From positions 1 to 45,334 of the forward strand of contig JBLGEO010000019.1 in assembly GCA_047445235.1 (NCBI GenBank): a DNA stretch of 45,334 nt, read 5' to 3'. The stretch is from Candidatus Dojkabacteria bacterium (GTDB lineage Bacteria; Patescibacteriota; Dojkabacteria; J137). The notes beneath the pieces were generated by a model. That model did no database searches, had not been told where the DNA came from, and worked only from the letters and a program-made list of their open reading frames with translations. A program made the position numbers and the translations under genes. Below are positions 26,322 to 35,529 of the stretch, piece after piece. The first letter of the stretch is position 1. Each line of letters begins with the position of its first letter.

Positions 26322-27332
26322 TTAAAGTATGTAATTTATTAATAACCCAGCAATTGCAGAGAGCAGAGTAACTAAAAGTGTAATAGTGATAAGTGTTTTT
26401 GTTTTAAAAGTACTTCTTAACATTGTCAAAATCTTAATATCAATCATAGGGCCAAATAGTAAGTAAGAGACAATTGAACCCACTGTAAAGCTAGATGTAT
26501 ATGTAATAACCAAGAAAGAGTCAACGCTTGAGCAAACAGATATAACTAAAGAGAATAAAATCATTGCAACAATTGATAGTGTTGGACTACTGCCTATTGA
26601 TAGAACAACATCTCTAAAGTAAATACTTGTTACAGAAGCGATAATACTCCCGAAAATAAGAGCACTTGCAACAGTTATAAACTCCTTCTGAAAAATATCT
26701 AGAGCTTTTGCGAATTTATTTTTAACATGTTCATCTTGTGGGTCACAAACCTCCTTATAGAAAGAATCAGTAAGCATATCGAATTGATTTTTCTTATAAC
26801 TTAAAACTATTCCAATAAAATTAGCGATTAAAAAACCACCAACTACTCTAGAGACTATAATTACTGGGTCTGGATAAATATCTTTAAAAGCCTCGTATGT
26901 TGTCCAGATTGTTACAGGGTTTAAGATTGGGGCAGCAAGTAAAAAAGTTATTGCTTGTGAGACTGTAAAACCTTTCATAATTAATCTTCTTGCAACTGGA
27001 ACATTACCACATTCACATACAGGCATTAAAACTCCAAAAAGTGAGATAGCTATATGCGATAAGAATCTATTTCTAGGAAGTATCTTAATAATCCATTCTT
27101 CTTTAAAGTACAATCCAACTAAAACCGATATTCCAACACCAATAAATAAAAAGGGAAAGGATTGTATAAGAATACTTCTGAAAGTTGTAAGAAAGTCATT
27201 CAAAGTCCTTAAAGTATCTGCTCCTGCTGGGCTAGATAAATATGTATCTGGTCTAACTGCAAGTGTAAAGAGTAAAGCTAGAACTAGCAATGCAATTACA
27301 ATTTTATTGAGTGTGGAGGTTTGGATTTTCAT
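26322..27332 (-). CDS. UPF0718/DUF318 (ArsP-like) family permease
   Basis: Polytopic membrane protein with the conserved PVCECGNVPVARRL motif typical of this permease family. Confidence 0.7.
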   Translation of the reverse strand: MKIQTSTLNKIVIALLVLALLFTLAVRPDTYLSSPAGADTLRTLNDFLTTFRSILIQSFPFLFIGVGISVLVGLYFKEEWIIKILPRNRFLSHIAISLFGVLMPVCECGNVPVARRLIMKGFTVSQAITFLLAAPILNPVTIWTTYEAFKDIYPDPVIIVSRVVGGFLIANFIGIVLSYKKNQFDMLTDSFYKEVCDPQDEHVKNKFAKALDIFQKEFITVASALIFGSIIASVTSIYFRDVVLSIGSSPTLSIVAMILFSLVISVCSSVDSFLVITYTSSFTVGSIVSYLLFGPMIDIKILTMLRSTFKTKTLITITLLVTLLSAIAGLLINYIL

Positions 27333-27440
27333 AACTATTATTTTATCACAGGAAGGAGATATCGAGAGTACTGTCTACTTTCTAACTTGTGATTTTTTTA
27401 CTCATCAAATATACTTAGATTAATTATTAACACTAAATAT

Positions 27441-27725
27441 ATGCTTACATCATTATTCTTTACTCTTTTAAGGACAGTTGCAATTCCTTATGTAACGATT
27501 CTTTTCCTTAGCAATACTGCTATTGGACCACAGAATGCTTTCTTGGCGGTAACTATCGTTGTAGTAATAGTCACAATTATTTCTGTAATATGGCAGGCAA
27601 TTAAAATTATGGGAAATACTGTTGTATTAAGGGCTGGTAGAGTTATGGAGTTGCTTGTTACAATAATAATTGAGATAATCGCTGCTGCTGGCTTCGTTAT
27701 AGCTTATCAATCTAGATTTGGTTAA
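27441..27725 (+). CDS. small hydrophobic membrane protein, 94 aa
   Basis: Three predicted TM segments, located 9 nt upstream of the yhaM-like gene. No known motif. Confidence 0.5.
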   Translation: MLTSLFFTLLRTVAIPYVTILFLSNTAIGPQNAFLAVTIVVVIVTIISVIWQAIKIMGNTVVLRAGRVMELLVTIIIEIIAAAGFVIAYQSRFG

Positions 27726-27734
27726 AATTTTATT

Positions 27735-28757
27735 ATGAAGGAACTTTTTGTTAAAGATTTACAAAAGAATCTAATTATTACTGGAGAAACATTTGTAATT
27801 TACGATGTTGAGATTCTAGATGATAAGTACGGAAAACAATATGCAACTTTAACTGTTGGAGATAGAACTGGAAAGATAAGCGGAAAGATATGGTCTGAAA
27901 AGCTAGATATGATAGATAAGAGAGTTTTAAAGTCTGGGAATTTAATTGCAATATCTGGAAAAGTAGACGAATTTAAAGCAAGTCTTCAATTAAATATTTC
28001 TACAGTAGAGAAAGTAGAATCTGAAAAAATGGATGATTACTTAGCTAGTAGCCTATACGATGCAGATGAAATGTATAACGAAGTAATTGGTTATGCAGAA
28101 AAGATTAGTAGAAAAGACTTAAAGAAAGTAATTTTAAAGATTCTAAAAGATAAAGACATAGAGAAAAAATACAAGTACTGGCCTGCAGCAGAAACTGTTC
28201 ACCATGCTTTTAGATCTGGTTTAATACAACACGTACTAGAAATGTTAAGTATTATGGATTCAATGAGAAGATTTTATCCAAATGCAGATTTCGATATTCT
28301 TACTGCCGGAATAATCCTTCACGATATTGGAAAAACAGATGAGCTTTCATTCACTGGTATAACAACAGACTACTCAAAACTAGGTCAATTAGTTGGTCAT
28401 ATTGTAAGAGGTTCACAGATATTTACAGAATTTGGTGGAAAAGAATTGGATGAGGATATTTATTTACATGTAATGCATTTAATATTATCTCATCACGGAA
28501 AACAAGAATATGGAAGTCCAATTGTTCCAGCTACATTAGAAGGTTTAATACTTACAAATATAGATAATCTTTCTGCAAAGGCTAGAACAGCAGATTCTGC
28601 TACAGTAACAATTTCTGACGATCAAGACTTTACAGGTAGAAACTTCTTTTTAGAAGGAGCTAAGATTTGGAAAGGAACAATGGCTAAGATTGAGAAAGAT
28701 GAGGATACAGACCCAATGGATACAACGTCAGCTTTAGATAATCCAAGTTTGTTTTAG
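27735..28757 (+). CDS. yhaM: OB-fold + HD-domain 3'-5' exoribonuclease (YhaM family)
   Basis: N-terminal OB-fold segment, then HHAFRSGLIQHVLEM, ILHDIGK and LILSHHG, colinear with B. subtilis YhaM. Confidence 0.8.
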   Translation: MKELFVKDLQKNLIITGETFVIYDVEILDDKYGKQYATLTVGDRTGKISGKIWSEKLDMIDKRVLKSGNLIAISGKVDEFKASLQLNISTVEKVESEKMDDYLASSLYDADEMYNEVIGYAEKISRKDLKKVILKILKDKDIEKKYKYWPAAETVHHAFRSGLIQHVLEMLSIMDSMRRFYPNADFDILTAGIILHDIGKTDELSFTGITTDYSKLGQLVGHIVRGSQIFTEFGGKELDEDIYLHVMHLILSHHGKQEYGSPIVPATLEGLILTNIDNLSAKARTADSATVTISDDQDFTGRNFFLEGAKIWKGTMAKIEKDEDTDPMDTTSALDNPSLF

Positions 28758-29308
28758 TTCTTACTGGCTGTATTGCTAGCTGCGCTTAAGTAAGTTTGCC
28801 TTATTTTCTCTGCCTCGGCTTTTGTGTGTAATTCACCTAAATAACTTTCATAATAAATCGTAAATGTAGTAGCAACAAAATTCAATGACTTTAAAAGGTT
28901 TTTACTTTGAGTTTCTTTGTTAAGAAGATCTGTACTTTGAGGCAGCCCAATATAAATGCCAGGTCTAATTTCCTGAACGTTCGATAAAACATAATAAAGC
29001 TCTATTAGCCTAATACATGGTTTCATAAACTCTTCCAAAGGCATTTGCTCATGGACTTCTTCAATTGCAATTCTATCAGTTTGTTCTGTAACCCATGCTT
29101 CTAAATTAAATCTTTTATTTGAGTCTAGTGATTGGTTAAGTCTTGCTACAAAATCGACCCAAAAAGTGTTTGCTCCTTTACTGAATGCTTCAGTAAACTC
29201 TGGATTTACGTTTTGTGTATTATACAAATTTATAAATAAGGGGATTCTTAAAAGAGCTGGTCTTATATTACCAAGTTTTTTTGGGAAATCTGCATCGAAT
29301 TCATCCAT
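28754..29308 (-). CDS. hypothetical protein, 184 aa (paralogue of 29405..30022)
   Basis: Soluble acidic protein. It shares the block IELYYVLSNVQEIRPGIYIG with its neighbour's block VIYYVLANIHKLIYGRFIP, and an upstream F..F...L...L....KR[FY] block. Confidence 0.65.
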   Translation of the reverse strand: MDEFDADFPKKLGNIRPALLRIPLFINLYNTQNVNPEFTEAFSKGANTFWVDFVARLNQSLDSNKRFNLEAWVTEQTDRIAIEEVHEQMPLEEFMKPCIRLIELYYVLSNVQEIRPGIYIGLPQSTDLLNKETQSKNLLKSLNFVATTFTIYYESYLGELHTKAEAEKIRQTYLSAASNTASKN

Positions 29309-29404
29309 ATAATATTAGTGATTAAACATTAAGTACTGTAATAGAGTTGTTAGAAACTAGTTATTATCTCGAATTAAATTTAGAAAGTCATAGTTTGTTT
29401 TAGT

Positions 29405-30022
29405 TTAATTAGCATTCTCTCTAACTACCTTAAGATTTTGTTCTTTCACCTGCTTAAAAAAAGAAAGTACTCTTGCACTAATAGCAGTAAGTTCTACTTC
29501 TAATTCACTTGGCGGAGTGAAATCCGTGTCTTGTACTTCAATAACGTCTCCCTTTGGAATGAATCTTCCATAAATTAACTTATGTATATTCGCTAAAACA
29601 TAATATATTACACAATAATTTAAGATAGCCCCTTGTTCTACTTGAAACATATTTAGAGATTCCTCACCAGTACTTTTAGGCTTGGCATCAGAATGAAGGT
29701 CAAATGTACTATGCTTGGGGATAAAATTTAAAACTGCTTGTTCGAAGTCTTTAAAATCACCAATTTCAACTTCGTTTGTTTCAGCGGTCCCAACGTAATT
29801 ATTATTTGAAGAAAAATCCTGGTATCTTTTGTCATTCTTACCTTTCTCAAGCTTTTCAATTAAAGGTAATATAAATTGTTCAAACTCAGTTATTGCTTGA
29901 TTAAACACATCAGTGTCTTCACCTGCCGAAGAATCAATAAATTCTTTTAAAATATACTCTTTCATTTCACCGTCGGGCAAATTATCAATATTTAAATTTA
30001 AACTTTCTGGAAACATATCCAT
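29405..30022 (-). CDS. hypothetical protein, 205 aa (paralogue of 28754..29308)
   Basis: See the neighbouring gene. Same orientation, with a 96-nt spacer between them. Confidence 0.65.
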   Translation of the reverse strand: MDMFPESLNLNIDNLPDGEMKEYILKEFIDSSAGEDTDVFNQAITEFEQFILPLIEKLEKGKNDKRYQDFSSNNNYVGTAETNEVEIGDFKDFEQAVLNFIPKHSTFDLHSDAKPKSTGEESLNMFQVEQGAILNYCVIYYVLANIHKLIYGRFIPKGDVIEVQDTDFTPPSELEVELTAISARVLSFFKQVKEQNLKVVRENAN

Positions 30023-30176
30023 AACTAGTAAATAAAAAATAAATTCATATAAACTTCACAACCTAACGTTATATTCAGGATATATTAATTTGTTATAAAA
30101 GTAACTCTTTTATGTATTTGCAAAGTATTTCACTTCGAATTAAAATTACCCTTACTTATCTTACCTCAAAATTTCT

Positions 30177-31103
30177 ATGATAGAACTAAAAAACATCAAA
30201 AAAATCTATGGAACCACTATAGCAGTTAACGATATTTCGCTTAAAATAAACAAAGGAGAGATTGTTGGTTTGCTTGGTCCTAATGGAGCAGGAAAGAGTA
30301 CAACAATGAAAATGTTATGTGGCTATTTAGTTCCTGACGAGGGAGTTGTAGAGATCGATGGAAAGAATGTAAAGGATAATATGCAGTCTTCTAAAGCTAA
30401 AATTGGATATATGCCAGAAAATAATCCTTTATATAAAGATATTAGAGTGGGAGACGCGCTAGATTTTGCAATGGACTTAAAAAACGTTCCAGCAAAAGAT
30501 AGAAAGAAAAGAATGGACAAGATAGTTAAAGCAACTGGATTAAAAGAAGTTTTCTTTAAACCAATTGGTGAACTTTCAAAAGGTTACAAACAAAGAGTTG
30601 GAATAGCTCAAGTTCTAGCAGGAGATCCAGAAATCCTTGTTTTAGATGAGCCTACTGAAGGATTAGACCCAAATCAAAGAGCAGAAATTAGAAAACTTAT
30701 CATTGAATTAGGTAAGAACAAAACAGTAATAATCTCAACACATGTTATGCAAGAAGTTGAAGCTATGTGTACAAGAATTATTCTAGTTAATAAAGGAAAA
30801 GTTGTTGCCGATGGAGATAAAGACTCAGTAATGAGAGGGAAGAGTAAGGACGCATTAATAAAGCTAAAGTTGAAATCATCACAGGATACAAAAACAGAGA
30901 TCTCAAAAATTGAAGGTGTTAAGACAGTAACTATTACAAACACTCAAGGAGGAATACAAAGCATCGATGTTACAGTAAACAATACAGATAAGTTCTTTGA
31001 TGGTTTTACAAATAGACTAAAGAATAATCCATGGATATTGTTTGAATTGCAGCAAAAGCATGAAAATTTGGAAGAAATATTTAGAGATCTAACTAAAGAA
31101 TGA
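30177..31103 (+). CDS. ABC transporter ATP-binding protein (ABC-2/GldA-like)
   Basis: Walker A GPNGAGKSTT, signature LSKGYKQRV, Walker B LVLDEPTEGLD. Confidence 0.9.
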   Translation: MIELKNIKKIYGTTIAVNDISLKINKGEIVGLLGPNGAGKSTTMKMLCGYLVPDEGVVEIDGKNVKDNMQSSKAKIGYMPENNPLYKDIRVGDALDFAMDLKNVPAKDRKKRMDKIVKATGLKEVFFKPIGELSKGYKQRVGIAQVLAGDPEILVLDEPTEGLDPNQRAEIRKLIIELGKNKTVIISTHVMQEVEAMCTRIILVNKGKVVADGDKDSVMRGKSKDALIKLKLKSSQDTKTEISKIEGVKTVTITNTQGGIQSIDVTVNNTDKFFDGFTNRLKNNPWILFELQQKHENLEEIFRDLTKE

Positions 31104-31702
31104 GAGAGATTGAAATTCGTTTAAAACTTTCTAAAGAAGATAAAACACTACTAGAAGCTTGGCTTAAAAAAGAGGCTAAATTTATAAAACACATAGACCA
31201 CAAGGAGTTTTACTTAGATAACCCTAAAAGTACTTTCTTTTTTACTTCAAAAGATGGATATAAAGATGCAAAAGATTATATGAGAGTAAGAATGACAGAG
31301 AAAGGAGATTCAGTTTGTATTAAAAGATTTGAGATAGATATGGAAACTGGAAAATCAAAGAATATTGATGAGATTGAATATGATGTATCCAGCGGTGAAG
31401 AAGCCTTGAGATTATTTGAGGCAATTGGTTTTACAGATAAATCTGACGTTTCAAAAACGAGGGATGTTTACGAATATATGAACTTTGAAATTGTAATTGA
31501 CAAGGTGAACTCACTGGGTGACTTTGCAGAGATTGAAATTAAAGGATTCCCAGAAGACAAGGACATTCACGAGGGTTATGAAGAAATAAGAAAAAAAATA
31601 AAAAAGATTGGATTTACTAAATATATGCAATGTAATAGAGGTTATGTTTCTATGTTATGGAACCCAGATCACGATTTTACTAAAGAAATAACACTTAATT
31701 AA
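31100..31702 (+). CDS. CYTH-domain (triphosphate tunnel metalloenzyme) protein
   Basis: The N-terminal EIEIRLKL is the ExExK-type beta1 signature with K replaced by R. The size (~200 aa) and the alternating charged beta-strand pattern also fit. Its ATG overlaps the upstream TGA (ATGA at 31100-31103). Confidence 0.6.
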   Translation: MREIEIRLKLSKEDKTLLEAWLKKEAKFIKHIDHKEFYLDNPKSTFFFTSKDGYKDAKDYMRVRMTEKGDSVCIKRFEIDMETGKSKNIDEIEYDVSSGEEALRLFEAIGFTDKSDVSKTRDVYEYMNFEIVIDKVNSLGDFAEIEIKGFPEDKDIHEGYEEIRKKIKKIGFTKYMQCNRGYVSMLWNPDHDFTKEITLN

Positions 31703-31716
31703 TTTAATTTATCTAT

Positions 31717-34086
31717 ATGCAATTGCCAAAGATTAAAAAGCCAAGTTTTAAGAAACCAGATTTCTCTAAATTAAAGTCAAAATTCAAAAAACCAGACATG
31801 ACAGAAGCTAAAAACTTCATGGCTGTAAATTCTAAAGGAAACTTAAGACTTTCACTTGTTTTAGCAAGAAAAGAACTTTCAAACTATTTCTCAACACCAA
31901 TTTCTTACATTATTCTGACTTTGTTTGTTGTAGTTGTAGCAATAATACTATTCGCAGCATTCAACTTCCTAAAGTTTGGAACAGCAGATTTAGGTCAATT
32001 ATTTACTGCAATAAGTTTCGCATTTATTATCATAATCCCCGCACTCACAATGGGAGCAATCTCAAGAGAGAAGCAAAGCGGCACAATAGAGTTTCTTTTA
32101 ACACAGCCAATTACTGAGTTTCAGTTACTAATTGGAAAGTTCTTAGCATATGCATTCTTAGTTTTGATAATGCTTTTGTTAACACTTCCATTAAGCTTGA
32201 TGATTAACCTAACTTCCACATTAGATTTTGGGCAAGCAGCAATGCAATACATTGGTGGACTTATCTTAGGATTATGCTTTGTATCTATTGGAATTGCTGT
32301 ATCGTCATTCTTTAAAAATGAAATCGCTTCTTTATTAACATCACTATTCATCTCAGTTCTATTTATTATTACAGGAACACAGTTCTTTAACTTATTCCCA
32401 ATTGAATTTCAATCACTAATAAACAAGTTCAGTCTATTAACTCACTTCCAATCAATCTCTAGAGGTGTGTTCGATATTCGAGATATTTTATACTTCTTGG
32501 CATTTATAATCGTATTCTTAAGCATTGCATACTACAAATTAGTAAGTGAAAAATACCCTTCAAAAGATAGGTATTTAGATTACTCGAGAACATTCTTAGC
32601 AGTAATTTTAGTAATTACTCTTCTAATTGGATATTTTGGACAGTTAATCCCAGGAAGAATTGATGCAACATCTAATCAAAGATATACGTTATCTTCTGCT
32701 ACAGTTGATCTTCTAGGAAAGCTTGACAAAGATTTTAATATAACACTTTACTCATCTGGAAACTTACCACAAGACTTTCAGCCAATTCTTAGAGATGTAG
32801 AAGATATTTTAAGAGACTATAACTTTGCATCAAAAGGTAAAGTAGTAGTTACAGTTAAAGATCCTTCTGCAGATAATGTTGCAAAAGATGAAGCAACTAC
32901 AGCAGGAATTAAGGAAAATATCTTTGCAGTTAATAATAACGACTCAAGCCAACAAGTTGCTGGATACTTCGGGCTAACCTTCCAATACGGAGACAACAAA
33001 GATTTCTTAAACTTAAGTTCTAGTGTAACAAGTCAATTAGAATTCCAATTAACAAAGAAAGTTAAAAAAGTGTCTGGAATAGATAGATCTAAAATTGCAT
33101 TCATTAGTAATAATGTAAAACAGGCAAGAACAACAACTTACACTCAATTTAACGGCGATGTAAGTGAATTATTCGATGTATCAGACTTAACTATAGATGC
33201 AACAACAAAGGAGATTCCTACAGATATTAAAGCAGTTGTTTTGCCTGGTCCAAATACAAAGTTTGATGATAATGCAATAAAGGTTCTAAAAAACTACTTC
33301 GCGAACGGTGGTTCAATATTCTTATTAACAGATCCAATTGATGTAGATCCTACAGGTCAGCCACAAAAAGTTGCTGATAGCTTAGCTACATTATTTGACG
33401 ACTCTGGAGTTAAAGTGGACGAAAATATTGTTTACGACTTAAGTAGTAATAATCAAATTCAAGCAGGATCTGGAGGATTTCCATTAATTATTAACTATCC
33501 GTTCTGGATAATCGCAAAACCAACTCAAGATGGAGCAAATGTAAATAAGGGAGTTGATACAGTTACAGAACTTTGGGGAGCATCAGTAAATATTGATCCA
33601 GTAAAAGTAGGAAAAAATAAAGTGAGCAGTTTGTTCGAGACATCAGCCCAATCAAATGTACAGCTACTTCCTAACGTTTCTATTCAAGTAGATCAAAAGT
33701 TTACAGCTAAAGATGATGATGGAAAAAGAACAATTGCAGCATCAATTGAAAACGAGAAAGGTGGAAGAGCAATAGTTGTAGGAGATTCGGATTTACTAAG
33801 TGATGATGTTTTAAGCGCATTAAATGGCAGACCAGGTTCCCAAGACTCACTTACAGTTGCATTTGGAATTTCTAGTATTGAATGGCTAACAAAAGATGCA
33901 GCACTATCTTCAATAAAAGTTAAAGATAGAATAGCAAGCGCATTAAATGCAGATGCAGAAAAAACTGCGCTAATTGTTGGAGTTGGAATTGTATTCCCAA
34001 TAGTATTATTTGTAAGTATTGGAGGATTTAGATTCTATATGAGAAAGAAGGAATCGGAGAATATTTATGAGTACGATGAAGATTAA
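31717..34086 (+). CDS. fused ABC-2 permease (GldF-like) and GldG-like auxiliary domain protein, 789 aa
   Basis: N-terminal six-helix ABC-2 region (ARKELSNYFSTPISYIIL...). This is followed by NQRYTLSSATVDLLGKLDKDFNITLYSS and a large extracytoplasmic domain ending in a C-terminal TM helix, as in GldG/ABC_transp_aux proteins. Confidence 0.7.
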   Translation: MQLPKIKKPSFKKPDFSKLKSKFKKPDMTEAKNFMAVNSKGNLRLSLVLARKELSNYFSTPISYIILTLFVVVVAIILFAAFNFLKFGTADLGQLFTAISFAFIIIIPALTMGAISREKQSGTIEFLLTQPITEFQLLIGKFLAYAFLVLIMLLLTLPLSLMINLTSTLDFGQAAMQYIGGLILGLCFVSIGIAVSSFFKNEIASLLTSLFISVLFIITGTQFFNLFPIEFQSLINKFSLLTHFQSISRGVFDIRDILYFLAFIIVFLSIAYYKLVSEKYPSKDRYLDYSRTFLAVILVITLLIGYFGQLIPGRIDATSNQRYTLSSATVDLLGKLDKDFNITLYSSGNLPQDFQPILRDVEDILRDYNFASKGKVVVTVKDPSADNVAKDEATTAGIKENIFAVNNNDSSQQVAGYFGLTFQYGDNKDFLNLSSSVTSQLEFQLTKKVKKVSGIDRSKIAFISNNVKQARTTTYTQFNGDVSELFDVSDLTIDATTKEIPTDIKAVVLPGPNTKFDDNAIKVLKNYFANGGSIFLLTDPIDVDPTGQPQKVADSLATLFDDSGVKVDENIVYDLSSNNQIQAGSGGFPLIINYPFWIIAKPTQDGANVNKGVDTVTELWGASVNIDPVKVGKNKVSSLFETSAQSNVQLLPNVSIQVDQKFTAKDDDGKRTIAASIENEKGGRAIVVGDSDLLSDDVLSALNGRPGSQDSLTVAFGISSIEWLTKDAALSSIKVKDRIASALNADAEKTALIVGVGIVFPIVLFVSIGGFRFYMRKKESENIYEYDED

Positions 34087-34092
34087 TCAAGA

Positions 34093-34253
34093 ACTTTACC
34101 ACCTCAACTAATCTTGTAGCCCTCCTTTACTGGAGGGTTACTATTCTCTCTGGAGTGGCAGTTGATCAGTTACTGGTTGTGTGTTTCGGGTTGCGAGTTG
34201 AATCTCAACTATTATTCAACCTGTAACCCGTAACCCGTAACCGTAACCGTAAC
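34093..34253 (+). repeat. modular extragenic repeat, copy B, ending in a GTAACC(C) tandem array
   Basis: Box1 is at 34093-34104 and box2 at 34153-34162. Arms are GTTTCGGGTTGCGAGTTG (34183-34200) and CAACCTGTAACCCGTAAC (34217-34234). The tandem array GTAACCC GTAACCC GTAACC GTAACC GTAAC spans 34223-34253. Confidence 0.8.
34117..34140 (+). terminator. stem-loop inside repeat copy B, probable terminator of the ABC operon
   Basis: TAGCCCTCC-TTTACT-GGAGGGTTA forms 9 bp including one G.U pair. It is followed by the pyrimidine-rich tract CTATTCTCTCT. Confidence 0.5.
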
Positions 34254-34255
34254 TA

Positions 34256-35425
34256 TTAACTCATAACTCCCTCAATAACATCCACAACTTTTTGAGGAGC
34301 ATCAAGAATTATCTTAGAACTCGCAACTTCTATACATTCGTCAATACTTCTACCATTGAATCCTTTTCCAGTCTTAATCTGATTAAGCGAAAGGAGAATT
34401 GTTTGATAAATTTGTTTAGAAGTAAGGTTGTCTTTTTGAATGATTATAAAGCCTAGGCCAGTTTCTTCAAGAATCCTTGCGTTCTTTGTCTGTTCATCTC
34501 CTGAAGTCCAAGGAATAGGCATTAGAATTGATAATTTGCCTAATGCTAGGAGCTCAGTGATAGTATTTGCACCAGATCTTGAAAATATGACATCTGCTTT
34601 GTTAAAAACAGCACCAATTTCGTTTGATTTAACATAATCTACTGGAACATACCTTATTGAAATATCTCCAGGAAGTTCCTTTTTCATTTCTATAGCTTTC
34701 TGGTAATCATTTGTAGCTGTAGAGTTGCCAGTCTGATGAATAATATTACATTCCTGTAATAAGTTTGGAAGATACTCAAAAACTCTTTTGTTAATTTCAT
34801 GAGCTCCTTGGTTGCCACCCGTAATATACAAAGTAGGTTTTTTGGGATCTAGATCTTTAATTAAGTCAGTCGATTCAATTTTAAAAACCTCCCTTCTAAT
34901 CGGGTTTCCAGTGAGAACTGTTTTGTTAGAAGGGAAAAATTGTTTAGAACTTTCCCAAGATATACAAACCTTATTTGCAAATTTACTAATTATCTTATTT
35001 GCTAAACCAGTAACAATAGTCTGCTCGTGGGTAATAATCTTAATTCTTAAAACCCAAGCGATAATCACAACTGGAACGGCTAGGTACCCGCCGAAGGATA
35101 CAACTATTGCGGGTCTGTTTCTTAGTAAGATTAGCTTAGACTGAATAAAACCGTAGAATATCATCAAGATACTGAGTACTGATGGTAAGAAATTCTGTAA
35201 TGTCCATTTTCTATTTAGTTTTCCTGTTTTTAAATCTATAAATTTAATTCCTGCCTCTTCCACAAGTTTAAATTCCGGAGATACCTCTGTATTCCCCTGC
35301 TGATTATATTTATGCCCAACCCATAGAAAATTTGTATAGCCTCTTTTCTTAAGTTCAGAAATAACTGCTAATGCTGGAGTTGCATGGCCTCCTGTGAAAA
35401 GAATTAAATTAGATTTTTTAGACAT
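34256..35425 (-). CDS. murG: undecaprenyldiphospho-muramoylpentapeptide beta-N-acetylglucosaminyltransferase MurG
   Basis: LILFTGGHATPALAV is the G-loop. The two-Rossmann GT28 layout is present, with YITGGNQGAH and FSRSGANTITELLALGK in the C-terminal half. Confidence 0.88.
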   Translation of the reverse strand: MSKKSNLILFTGGHATPALAVISELKKRGYTNFLWVGHKYNQQGNTEVSPEFKLVEEAGIKFIDLKTGKLNRKWTLQNFLPSVLSILMIFYGFIQSKLILLRNRPAIVVSFGGYLAVPVVIIAWVLRIKIITHEQTIVTGLANKIISKFANKVCISWESSKQFFPSNKTVLTGNPIRREVFKIESTDLIKDLDPKKPTLYITGGNQGAHEINKRVFEYLPNLLQECNIIHQTGNSTATNDYQKAIEMKKELPGDISIRYVPVDYVKSNEIGAVFNKADVIFSRSGANTITELLALGKLSILMPIPWTSGDEQTKNARILEETGLGFIIIQKDNLTSKQIYQTILLSLNQIKTGKGFNGRSIDECIEVASSKIILDAPQKVVDVIEGVMS

Positions 35426-35476
35426 AATATTTTATTAAAATACGACTAATTCTATCACAAAAAGTGCTGAAATTAC

Positions 35477-35505
35477 TTGACATGGAATTGCGAAAAATCT
35501 AATAT
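35477..35505 (+). promoter_or_regulatory. near-consensus sigma70-type promoter
   Basis: TTGACA (35477-35482), a 17-nt spacer, then TAATAT (35500-35505), 25 nt upstream of the 35530 ATG. Confidence 0.55.
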
Positions 35506-35529
35506 GGAATGTAATAGTAATAATGCACA

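Noticed and set aside
15232-34253. The 18.9-kb segment bracketed by direct repeat copies A and B, considered as a genomic island or excisable element.
   Set aside because: It contains no integrase, recombinase or transposase. It does contain housekeeping genes (trhO, yhaM-like, ABC transporter). The repeats are only ~155 nt and imperfect. I kept it only as a rearrangement hint under the dcw finding.
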